A stretch of DNA of 64,000 nucleotides, taken from an uncultured Candidatus Poseidoniales archaeon (GTDB taxonomy: Archaea > Thermoplasmatota > Poseidoniia > Poseidoniales > Thalassarchaeaceae). The notes below the pieces were generated by a model. It saw only the letters and a list, made by a program, of their open reading frames with translations. It was not told where the DNA came from and searched no databases. Below, in pieces: positions 30,085 through 38,463 of the stretch (positions are counted from its first letter, which is position 1; each line of letters starts with the position of its first letter). The position numbers and the translations under genes were made by a program. The DNA is taken from assembly GCA_964401115.1 (NCBI GenBank), contig CAYNXD010000052.1, positions 14 through 64,013 of the forward strand, in the 5' to 3' direction.

Positions 30085-30641
30085 ATCTTCGGGAGGAGGA
30101 ATACACTCATCAATTTATGCCGTAACTACGCCTGTATTTTTGTTTCCAAAACAAGGCCCTAATCACAGAATAAATCAATTGAAAAATTAAATTTTCAATT
30201 GGAATATTATCATATCTATCTGTATATCAATCATCAATCCATAAAGATCTGATTGTTGAGTTAGCTGAATAATTCCAGCGAGAATATTTTAAGTTGTAAA
30301 ATAAGGATATATGAACAAATTGTAATCGAAAAAGATTGTTCGGCGAAATTCAAACTGTAATCTAAATATTATCCGTCATTCCAATTGAAATGTAATTACG
30401 GATAATCTGAGAAATTTAGATTTATATTGAAACATAATTCATATCTGGCGTTTGATTTCAATTGAAAAACGATTATTTTAGTAATTCCATATTTTTCACC
30501 ATGCAATTGAATAATCAGCGATTATCCGTCTTTTTCAATTGAACTTTAACACATTGAATTTTACATATAGTTAATATACTGACTTGTGACGTAGTCCGAT
30601 GACCGAGTTATGGGATGCACGGGAATAGAGAGGGATAAAAA
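30085..30641. promoter_or_regulatory. 555-bp AT-rich divergent intergenic region with six CAATTG palindromes and two composite ATTATCCGTC-N4/5-CAATTG elements plus an inverted CGGATAAT arm
   Basis: CAATTG at 30176, 30196, 30382, 30459, 30504, 30536; ATTATCCGTC at 30368-30377 and 30521-30530; CGGATAAT at 30399-30406. Largest non-coding stretch in the window. Confidence 0.6.
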
Positions 30642-31253
30642 ATGGCAGATGATTCATTCATGATACAAGAGTTACTACAGCGCGAGGTGTTCGTTAAACA
30701 AACGCGCGTAGGTGTGATAGTAGGGGAGAGATTTCACCCCAACGAAGAACGAGTACAATCTCTGAGGCTACAAGTAGATTCAGAAATAGCTGACGAGTTC
30801 ATGAGAAAACCGGCCGAATTTGCGCCTTTGTCAAAAGAACTCCTGCACAGTATTCAAGCTGATGGAACTATCAAATTATCAAAATCTATGCGTGAGTTGC
30901 AACGCAGGTGGCGCAACACTGTCAGAATAGATGAGAAGTTATACGCACCAGATGAGTTACTAGATCGGGCAGTACTCGACACCCAAGGAGAAGATCTTGG
31001 GGAGGTTGTTGGCTTGGTGAAAATTAAGAGGACTTATCGAGGGATTGAAGTCAAAGCAAGATCAATGCTCCGACGAAGATATCGTTTGGAAAATGAAACA
31101 ATCAATATTCCAGTTCAGTTTCTCGCGAGAACTAGCCCACGCCTTGATGAGATAATCCTCTCACGGACGTTTGAGAAGTTAATGGGGCTACCATCATACT
31201 TGAAATTAAATTCTGGTGAAATACTAGAAGATGATTTTGAAGAAGAAGAATGA
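30642..31253 (+). CDS. hypothetical protein, possibly tandem PRC-barrel-like, acidic C-terminus
   Basis: Two segments with PRC-barrel-like pattern (VGVIVGERF...; DTQGEDLGEVVGLVKI); weak assignment. Confidence 0.3.
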   Translation: MADDSFMIQELLQREVFVKQTRVGVIVGERFHPNEERVQSLRLQVDSEIADEFMRKPAEFAPLSKELLHSIQADGTIKLSKSMRELQRRWRNTVRIDEKLYAPDELLDRAVLDTQGEDLGEVVGLVKIKRTYRGIEVKARSMLRRRYRLENETINIPVQFLARTSPRLDEIILSRTFEKLMGLPSYLKLNSGEILEDDFEEEE

Positions 31254-31305
31254 GACTCTCAATCGGAATCGTTTAATCCACCCCCTCGGTGGCGTTGCTC
31301 GCTCT

Positions 31306-31380
31306 GGGCGTGTAGCTTAGCTTGGTTGGAGCACCCGGCTGATAACCGGGGGGCCACCGGTTCAAATCCGGTCTCGCCCA
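31306..31380 (+). tRNA. tRNA-Ile (anticodon GAU)
   Basis: Cloverleaf folds manually: anticodon stem CCCGG/CCGGG with loop CTGATAA, T-arm ACCGG-TTCAAAT-CCGGT, acceptor GGGCGTG/CTCGCCC with one U-U mismatch at 6:67; CCA not encoded. Confidence 0.7.
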
Positions 31381-31465
31381 CTTGAGTATATATCTCATAG
31401 TTCGAATGAATAAAAGATGAGCAAATCAAGCACCATGCATAGCAATTGACTCGTAAAAGACATGA

Positions 31466-32446
31466 ATGGGGTCTCTCTCCGACAGTACGGGGAGAAGACC
31501 GTTGCCAGTAGTATCAGGGAGTATTGATGGTGATTTGGCTACTTCACTAGCCAGGGAATTAGATTGGGACCACCATGCACTTGTTGCTAGGCGCTTTCCG
31601 GACTCTGAAGCATACGTCCGCGTCCCTGTAGATAGTATCGATGCTGTTAGATCAGAACCCGTGATTATAGTTGCTACCACATTCCCAGATGAAGGAATTG
31701 TAGAGGCCCTGTTGATGCTCGAAGCCATTCACGATGTTAGATCTGGTAATCTTCAGAATCTGAAAGGTGAAGGTCCCGAGAAACTTGATGATGTAGGCCC
31801 TGGAATTTTCCTCGCCATCCCTTACTTTGGATATAGCAGGCAAGATAAACGGTTTCAGAAAGGCGAAGTTGTGTCTGCATCACTCATTGTGAGATTACTA
31901 GCGCGCCATATTGACGGCTTAATTGTCTTAGATTTACATGCGCCTTCTGTTTTAGATGACCTAGAAAAACCTGTAGAATTCGTTAGTGCAATGCCAGAGG
32001 TTGCTGAACATTTGAAGTCAAATGTAAATCCTGATTTTATCCTCAGCCCAGATAAAGGCGCCATAGATAGAGCATCCCATGTAGCCAATTTAATTAATTG
32101 CAAATTCTCCTATTTGGAGAAAACAAGAATTGATGCGCATACAATTGAGCACAAACCTAAGGATTTGGATGTTAAGGGCGCAGTAGTAGCTATTGTTGAT
32201 GACATGATTAGCACAGGTGGAACAATCTGTAAGGCCAGTGATGCTTTACTAAGCCAAGGTGCGAAGGAAGTTCACGCTGCTTGTACGCACGGACTTTTCA
32301 CTGGTGGAGCGATTACTCGTCTTGACGAACATGTCAGCGGCGTCCATGCGACAGATTCTATCGCAAGTAACCCGCGCGCTCTGGTATCCTCTGCTCCTGC
32401 TCTTGCTAGAGGTGTCAAAAACCTCCTAAAGATGCTAAATCTTTGA
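31466..32446 (+). CDS. prs: ribose-phosphate pyrophosphokinase (PRPP synthetase)
   Basis: PRPP-binding loop VAIVDDMISTGGTI and overall Prs layout. Confidence 0.8.
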   Translation: MGSLSDSTGRRPLPVVSGSIDGDLATSLARELDWDHHALVARRFPDSEAYVRVPVDSIDAVRSEPVIIVATTFPDEGIVEALLMLEAIHDVRSGNLQNLKGEGPEKLDDVGPGIFLAIPYFGYSRQDKRFQKGEVVSASLIVRLLARHIDGLIVLDLHAPSVLDDLEKPVEFVSAMPEVAEHLKSNVNPDFILSPDKGAIDRASHVANLINCKFSYLEKTRIDAHTIEHKPKDLDVKGAVVAIVDDMISTGGTICKASDALLSQGAKEVHAACTHGLFTGGAITRLDEHVSGVHATDSIASNPRALVSSAPALARGVKNLLKMLNL

Positions 32447-32535
32447 GTTCTGGGGCTTAATCGCTAGGTTAATCAATCCGGTGCGTTTATACAGACCACG
32501 CCCTCGCCGTGACACCTACAGGAGGATATAATCCT

Positions 32536-32916
32536 ATGAGCGTACATGTTGATTTTGAGACACCTGCTGATGTGCAGGAGAAAGTCTATGAGTTTGTGAA
32601 AAAGATTGGAAAGGATGGAAGTGGTCGTTTCAAGAAAGGAATGAATGAGGTCATCAAGGTTTGTGAGCGAGGTGCTGCAAAACTAGTAGTGATGGCTGAA
32701 AATGTTAATCCTGGTGAGATGATGATGCCAATTCCTCTCATCTGTAAAGAGCGTGGGATTCCCTATATCTATGTGGAAGATCAAGGTTACCTTGGTGATG
32801 CTGCAGGATTACCAGAGGGAAGACCCACTTCCGCAATCGCCATCACCGAATTAGAGGGATCTGCTGATGATTTTAATGGCATATTGGAATCCGCAAATAA
32901 ACTAGCGGAAAACTGA
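32536..32916 (+). CDS. rpl7ae: 50S ribosomal protein L7Ae
   Basis: KGMNEVIKVCERGAAKLVVMAENVNPGEMMMPIPLICKERGIPYIYV matches the L7Ae/L30e family; the listed frame begins at 32509, start chosen at the internal Met. Confidence 0.85.
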   Translation: MSVHVDFETPADVQEKVYEFVKKIGKDGSGRFKKGMNEVIKVCERGAAKLVVMAENVNPGEMMMPIPLICKERGIPYIYVEDQGYLGDAAGLPEGRPTSAIAITELEGSADDFNGILESANKLAEN

Positions 32917-32927
32917 GGTGATTTGAA

Positions 32928-33143
32928 GTGACTGACGGTTGGCCAGCAGAGGTCGTTGAAATTGTCGGCCGCACAGGTATGACTGGTGAAGCCACACAGG
33001 TGAAGGTTCGTGTTAATGATGCCCCTAATCCTAGAGATGTTGGACGAATTATAACAAGAAATGTTCTCGGCCCAATTAGAATAGGTGACATCCTAATGTT
33101 GAAAGATACAGGCCGTGAAGCACGGAAGTTAGGGGGTCGCTGA
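32928..33143 (+). CDS. rps28e: 30S ribosomal protein S28e
   Basis: [21 protein letters not shown]...[17 protein letters not shown] is the S28e signature. Confidence 0.9.
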   Translation: MTDGWPAEVVEIVGRTGMTGEATQVKVRVNDAPNPRDVGRIITRNVLGPIRIGDILMLKDTGREARKLGGR

Positions 33144-33144
33144 A

Positions 33145-33336
33145 ATGCCTGAGCGTAGAGTTTGTTCATTCAGTGGCGAGGAAATTGAGCCAGGTACTGG
33201 AATGATGTTTGTTCGAAAAGATGGTACTGTTCTTTGGTTTAAGAATAGTAAAGCACGCAAAAATATGGTAAATCTGAAGAGAAATGCACGCAAAGTAAAG
33301 TGGACTCGACACTATGTCAAGGGCGGCATTCAGTAA
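33145..33336 (+). CDS. rpl24e: 50S ribosomal protein L24e
   Basis: [28 protein letters not shown] matches L24e, although the second Cys pair of the zinc ribbon is replaced. Confidence 0.8.
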   Translation: MPERRVCSFSGEEIEPGTGMMFVRKDGTVLWFKNSKARKNMVNLKRNARKVKWTRHYVKGGIQ

Positions 33337-33403
33337 TCATCTGAGTTTTATCGGAGCGTTTTGCTTAAACAGGAGTGGCTTCACGGCCGCTTCAGTGAGA
33401 TGC

Positions 33404-33850
33404 ATGCAGACGACTTTCGTAATGGTGAAACCTGATGGAGTTCAAAGAGGATTAGTTGGAGAAATCATAAACCGTTTTGAGGAGAAAGGTCTCCGTTTAG
33501 TTGGTTTGAAACAACTTATCCCATCACAGGAGCTGGCTGCTAGCCATTATTCCGTACATTCTGAACGTCCTTTTTATGATAGCCTACTAAAATTCATCAC
33601 ATCAGGCCCTGTTGTTGCTATGGCTTGGAGCGGCATTGATGCTATTGCTGTTGCAAGGAACATCATTGGGCCAACTAACGGCAGAGAGGCAAATCCTGGC
33701 ACCATCCGTGGAGATTATGCTATGGATATAGGCCATAACATAATTCATGGTAGTGATGCCGAGGAAACCGCTGAGTACGAACTAGGACTATGGTTTCCCG
33801 ATGGATTAGTTGAATGGATTCGTTCTTCAGAAGATTGGATTTACGAGTGA
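33404..33850 (+). CDS. ndk: nucleoside diphosphate kinase
   Basis: [19 protein letters not shown] and active-site NIIHGSD. The long listed frame (from 33314) overlaps L24e; start chosen at the internal Met, giving ~149 aa. Confidence 0.85.
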   Translation: MQTTFVMVKPDGVQRGLVGEIINRFEEKGLRLVGLKQLIPSQELAASHYSVHSERPFYDSLLKFITSGPVVAMAWSGIDAIAVARNIIGPTNGREANPGTIRGDYAMDIGHNIIHGSDAEETAEYELGLWFPDGLVEWIRSSEDWIYE

Positions 33851-33899
33851 GAATCTATAAAATTTGAGAATTAGAATAATCAAGGAGAAGGTGGCATGC

Positions 33900-35705
33900 A
33901 TGACAGAACAGAGACAACCAATCGTAGCTGTTCTCGGACATGTTGACCACGGCAAAACTAGTCTGCTTGATCATATCCGCTCACTAGGCATCGAAAAACA
34001 GTCATCAATTATGGCTAGGGAAGCGGGCGGGATTACTCAACACATAGGAGCTACCGAAGTCCCAGCAGAAATTCTCAACCAACTATGTTCTCCATTAATG
34101 GGTGGCAAGAACTTCGATTCTCCTGGATTACTGTTTATAGACACCCCAGGCCACCATTCTTTCTCCACGTTAAGAACACGTGGAGGTTCATTAGCAGATA
34201 TTGCCATACTTGTGATTGATTTAATTGATGGATGCAAACCACAAACCCTTGAATCATTGCGAATCCTACGACAAGCTAAGACTCCTTTTGTTGTAGCTTG
34301 TAATAAGGTTGATAGAATCCATGGTTGGAAATCTGAAAATGGTCGTTCAATGGCAAAATCCATGAAGAGTCAAAGTAAAGATACTATTGCTCTTTTTGAA
34401 CAAAAATATTGGCAACTAGTAGGACAATTCGCTGAACATTCATTTAATTTGGAAAGATACGACCAAATTTCCGATTTTACGAAAAGCATCGCTATGGTTC
34501 CTTGCTCTGCAAAGGAAGGGGAGGGGGTTCAAGATTTACTGACTGTAACGATTGGGCTTGCCGAGAAATTTCTTGCTGAACAATTGGGGGATATTGGTGG
34601 TGAAGCCGAAGCAACTGTTTTAGAAATGAAAGAGGAGAGGGGTCTTGGAAAGACTCTAGACATTATCCTACATAGAGGGACCCTAAACAAAGGAGATGAA
34701 ATTGCTGTCGCCACACCAAATGGCCCTTTGGTTACTAGAATTAAAGGGATGTTCTCTCCGAGAGGTATGTCAGAAATGAGAGATGCTGGCGATAGATGGG
34801 ATTCTGTCGACTCTGTTACTGCTGCTGCTGGTTTAAAATTGAGCGCCCCTGATATAGAAGAAATACTTGCAGGAACTACCCTAAGAGGAATTGCTAATCA
34901 AGAAGAAAAAAATAGAATCGTGGCATTAACTGAGGAAGAATGCAATATTTCTATTGATCTGGATGAGGAAGGAGTCGCAATCAAGGCAGACACCTTGGGC
35001 GGCCTAGAGGCATTGGCATTTGAATTACGAAATATGAAGGACTCTACAGGAGAGTCAAGAGAAATTAACATTCGTTCAGCGACAATTGGGCATATCACTA
35101 GAAAGGATATCAGATCTGCAGCTGTTTCTGAAAACCCCTATGAAAGAATAATTTTGTCATTCAGTTCAGGCATACTTCCTGAAGCCCAATCAGAACTTGA
35201 AAAAGATGATTGTGAAGTAGTACATATTGGCTCTGACATCATCTACCATATTCTTGACGGATACGAAGAATGGATAGAAGACACAAAAAAGAAAATGGAA
35301 GAAGAAAGTCGAGAAAATGTCATTCATCCCGGAAGAATTTTGATTCTAGCAGACCATATTTTCCGGCGTTCTGGCCCAGCAGTTGTTGGAGTCAGGGTGC
35401 TAGGGGGCAGAGTTCAGGTTGGACAACGACTTCTAACCATTCAAGGCGAAAGGGCTGGAAGAATCAAGTCAATACGCGATGGCGATCATGTTTTGACCGA
35501 GGCAAAACAAGGGGACGAGTTGGCTATTGCAATTGAAGGTGTTACCATTGGGCGTGGTGTCGATGAAGAGGATGTGCTTTTAGTAGATGTACCAAAGTCT
35601 CATGTGAGAAAATTGCGAAAACTGAATATTTCTCCAATTGAAGAGGAAATACTAGGTGAAATAATCGCTATTCATCGTCGTGATGACCACTTTTGGGGAA
35701 GATAA
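33900..35705 (+). CDS. infB: translation initiation factor aIF5B (IF2 homolog)
   Basis: G-domain VAVLGHVDHGKTSLLD, DTPGH, NKVD motifs; ~600 aa. Confidence 0.85.
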   Translation: MTEQRQPIVAVLGHVDHGKTSLLDHIRSLGIEKQSSIMAREAGGITQHIGATEVPAEILNQLCSPLMGGKNFDSPGLLFIDTPGHHSFSTLRTRGGSLADIAILVIDLIDGCKPQTLESLRILRQAKTPFVVACNKVDRIHGWKSENGRSMAKSMKSQSKDTIALFEQKYWQLVGQFAEHSFNLERYDQISDFTKSIAMVPCSAKEGEGVQDLLTVTIGLAEKFLAEQLGDIGGEAEATVLEMKEERGLGKTLDIILHRGTLNKGDEIAVATPNGPLVTRIKGMFSPRGMSEMRDAGDRWDSVDSVTAAAGLKLSAPDIEEILAGTTLRGIANQEEKNRIVALTEEECNISIDLDEEGVAIKADTLGGLEALAFELRNMKDSTGESREINIRSATIGHITRKDIRSAAVSENPYERIILSFSSGILPEAQSELEKDDCEVVHIGSDIIYHILDGYEEWIEDTKKKMEEESRENVIHPGRILILADHIFRRSGPAVVGVRVLGGRVQVGQRLLTIQGERAGRIKSIRDGDHVLTEAKQGDELAIAIEGVTIGRGVDEEDVLLVDVPKSHVRKLRKLNISPIEEEILGEIIAIHRRDDHFWGR

Positions 35706-35789
35706 TGAGTGAATTATCTATGACTGATAAACCCCCAACCCTTTAGTATGAATCGGGTCGGTCGGCAACTGTAGAGCGGAGAGTTCACC

Positions 35790-36782
35790 ATGCAAACGAC
35801 AATGGGAGGGGACGGAAGGACTCGTGATTTGATTGCTACAGTCAGTGCAATTTCAAATGGTTTGATGAATGAAGTATCAAAAGTCATCATTGGAAAACAA
35901 GAAAATTTGAGGAAAGTAAGCATTGGAATTCTATCAAACGGAAACATGTTGCTGGAGGATTTCCCCGGTCTAGCAAAGACCCTGCTAGCCAACACTTTTG
36001 CTAGAGCGCTGGGGTGTAAATTCAAGCGTGTTCAATTTACCCCTGACTTGCTACCTTCCGATATTATGGGGACCTATATGTATGACCAAAAGGCTGGAGA
36101 ATTCAAACTTCGACCAGGACCTCTTTTCTCCAATATTCTACTTGCTGATGAAATAAATCGTGCTCCTCCAAAGACTCAAGCTGCTCTGCTTGAGGCTATG
36201 GAAGAAAAACAAGTTACAATTGAAGGTATTACTCACAAGTTACCGGCGCCGTTCGTGGTGCTTGCAACACAGAACCCAATTGAGCAAGAAGGTACCTATC
36301 CACTACCTGAAGCACAAATGGACCGATTCCTGATGAAGATGTCGATGGGGTATCCTGATCGCTCAGAAGAAAAGGCTATCCTTGCTCGAAGGAAGTTACG
36401 AGGGAAGGATGACCATGATGTGCAGCAAATTACATCGCCCAAGAAAGTAGTCGCTATGCAGAAGGCTCTAGAGACAGTACATATTGATCCAGCAATTCTT
36501 TCCTATATCGTTGAAGTCGTTCAGCGCACTCGTGAAGATCATAGAGTAATCACTGGAGCATCACCTCGTGCAAGCCAGTCATTGTTCAAGACTGGGCGAG
36601 CCTCAGCAGCAATTGATGGCCGAGATTATGTAATTCCAGATGACATTAAAGGTGTGGCTATACAGATTATCAGCCATAGAATTGTACTCAAGCCTGAAGC
36701 TAAGATACGAGGTATTACAGGAATGCACATTACTAGGAAAATCCTCTCAGAGGTACCTGTTCCAGTAATACAAACCGCTTGA
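35790..36782 (+). CDS. MoxR-like AAA+ ATPase
   Basis: Walker A/B region and conserved MoxR (AAA_3) segment GLAKTLLANTFARALGCKFKRVQFTPDLLPSDIMGT. Confidence 0.8.
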   Translation: MQTTMGGDGRTRDLIATVSAISNGLMNEVSKVIIGKQENLRKVSIGILSNGNMLLEDFPGLAKTLLANTFARALGCKFKRVQFTPDLLPSDIMGTYMYDQKAGEFKLRPGPLFSNILLADEINRAPPKTQAALLEAMEEKQVTIEGITHKLPAPFVVLATQNPIEQEGTYPLPEAQMDRFLMKMSMGYPDRSEEKAILARRKLRGKDDHDVQQITSPKKVVAMQKALETVHIDPAILSYIVEVVQRTREDHRVITGASPRASQSLFKTGRASAAIDGRDYVIPDDIKGVAIQIISHRIVLKPEAKIRGITGMHITRKILSEVPVPVIQTA

Positions 36783-36882
36783 TTCCAACGGCGTTATAGC
36801 ACCGCTCATTGGAGCACAAATTATCGCGGTACTGATTAAGGTTCAAAGCAGAGGCGACATTCACGAGAGGTGGCGGACTGGT

Positions 36883-37887
36883 ATGGACCCGTACAAAATG
36901 GTAATTTCATGCACCAACCAAAAGGGTGGATGTGCAAAAACTACCACTGCAGTTAACGTGGCCACTGCATTGGCAGAAGGTGATCCCTCAAGGGGCATTG
37001 AACCTTCCAAAGTACTGCTGGTTGATCTGGATCCACAAGGGAGTGCATCAACCTCATTTGGAATAAACAAAAGCAAACTAGAACGTACCGTGTATGATTT
37101 ACTGATGAACGACCTAGGTGAAGAATTACCAATTATCAAAGATTATCTAATAGGGCCAGAAATAATTACAGATTCAATGAGAGAAACTTGGATGAAGGCA
37201 AATGATGGAAAGAAACTCTCTAAGGCAAGGAAAAAATCATTGAAAGTTGAAAACCTGTGGCTTCTACCATCAAACATCCAATTATCAGGGGCTGAAATCG
37301 AATTAGCTACCAGAATTGGACGAGAAACTAGATTGAAAGAAGGTCTAGCATCTGCAATAAACGAGTTCGACTATATCATTATCGACACACCTCCGAGTTT
37401 GGGGTTGCTGACTATCAACGCACTAGCTGCATCTAATTGGGTTATGATTCCAGTTCAGACCGAATGGTATGCATTGGAGGGGATGAGTCAATTGATTAAT
37501 TCAATAAAGTTGGTTCAGATGAGAATAAACCCTAATCTCAAATTATTCGGTATCGCTTTGACGATGTATCAGCTGAGGAATAATCTAAGCAAAATAGTTT
37601 CCAAAGAAGTACGTGGATCAGCTTTCCATAAGGAAGTCTTTAGCACCATGATCCCTAGAAATTCTGACATCGCAGAAGCACCAATGGAAGGTGCTCCGGT
37701 CGTTTTGTTAAAAAAAGGAAATAGAACAAATAAAGGATCTCAAGCCTATTGGTCATTAGCCAAAGAAGTTTCTGATAGAGTAAAGAAAATGAGACATAAG
37801 TATGGAGTTTATGAAAAAAATCATTTAAAAATCCACAAATTAAACCAATCTAACGAAGACGATGCTTTGTCCGAACAACTAGAATAA
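36883..37887 (+). CDS. ParA/Soj-family partition ATPase (deviant Walker A) with internal insertion
   Basis: Deviant Walker A NQKGGCAKTTTAVNVATALA, LLVDLDPQGSAS, IIIDTPPSLG; ~50-aa insert relative to canonical Soj. Confidence 0.75.
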   Translation: MDPYKMVISCTNQKGGCAKTTTAVNVATALAEGDPSRGIEPSKVLLVDLDPQGSASTSFGINKSKLERTVYDLLMNDLGEELPIIKDYLIGPEIITDSMRETWMKANDGKKLSKARKKSLKVENLWLLPSNIQLSGAEIELATRIGRETRLKEGLASAINEFDYIIIDTPPSLGLLTINALAASNWVMIPVQTEWYALEGMSQLINSIKLVQMRINPNLKLFGIALTMYQLRNNLSKIVSKEVRGSAFHKEVFSTMIPRNSDIAEAPMEGAPVVLLKKGNRTNKGSQAYWSLAKEVSDRVKKMRHKYGVYEKNHLKIHKLNQSNEDDALSEQLE

Positions 37888-37900
37888 TCATACTAATGAG

Positions 37901-38203
37901 TTGTCAACTCACCGTCAAACTTCTATAGATGTCCTAAACCAACAGGGTTTAGGTGAGTTAATGGGTTCTCCAGATATGACATCAGTTAGTGTGAGTTTTG
38001 AAGTACGAAGGCAGTTAAATTCTATGCGGGCATTAGAAAATTACCAAAGCGTAGATGATCTTCTTCAACATCTTTTGAAGACCTATAGATTGAATAAACT
38101 CAACAGAGACAGTGAATCTCTTCAGGATTCCTTGAAATCGTTAAATGACGTGGATGTTAATGTTCTAATCTCTAAACTCGACCTATCGCCCTTCAAGGAG
38201 TGA
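37901..38203 (+). CDS. small ribbon-helix-helix (CopG/Arc-like) protein, candidate ParA partner
   Basis: Predicted beta-strand VSVSFEV followed by two helices (RRQLNSMRAL; SVDDLLQHLL); immediately downstream of parA and overlapping the next small ORF by 4 nt. Confidence 0.4.
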   Translation: MSTHRQTSIDVLNQQGLGELMGSPDMTSVSVSFEVRRQLNSMRALENYQSVDDLLQHLLKTYRLNKLNRDSESLQDSLKSLNDVDVNVLISKLDLSPFKE

Positions 38204-38460
38204 ATCAAATGAAGGGACAAGCGCCGTCATACTGGATTACTGCTGAGAACCTCGTTCGTGGCTTATTTGATGACATGAGTGATGAGCAGACCCTACTCAA
38301 ATTAGCATCTTGTAACGTAATAGAATTGCATGCGGGGAATAAAGTTTGGAATTCTTTTCTGTGGTTGCTTGTCAACCATATGAAGAGAGAAGGCGTACCT
38401 ATTCTTTCTGGTAAAGATTTGGGCGATTTACGAAGTCGCCTACCGATAGTTTTCCATTGA
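38200..38460 (+). CDS. hypothetical small protein (GTG start) co-transcribed with ParA/RHH pair
   Basis: Overlapping stop/start with the upstream ORF; no recognisable motif. Confidence 0.3.
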   Translation: MNQMKGQAPSYWITAENLVRGLFDDMSDEQTLLKLASCNVIELHAGNKVWNSFLWLLVNHMKREGVPILSGKDLGDLRSRLPIVFH

Positions 38461-38463
38461 AAA

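Noticed and set aside
33314-33403. N-terminal 30-aa extension of the NDK frame overlapping L24e
   Set aside because: NDK family proteins are ~150 aa and begin right before TFVMVKPDG; the extension is non-conserved and overlaps L24e, so the internal Met is the likelier start.
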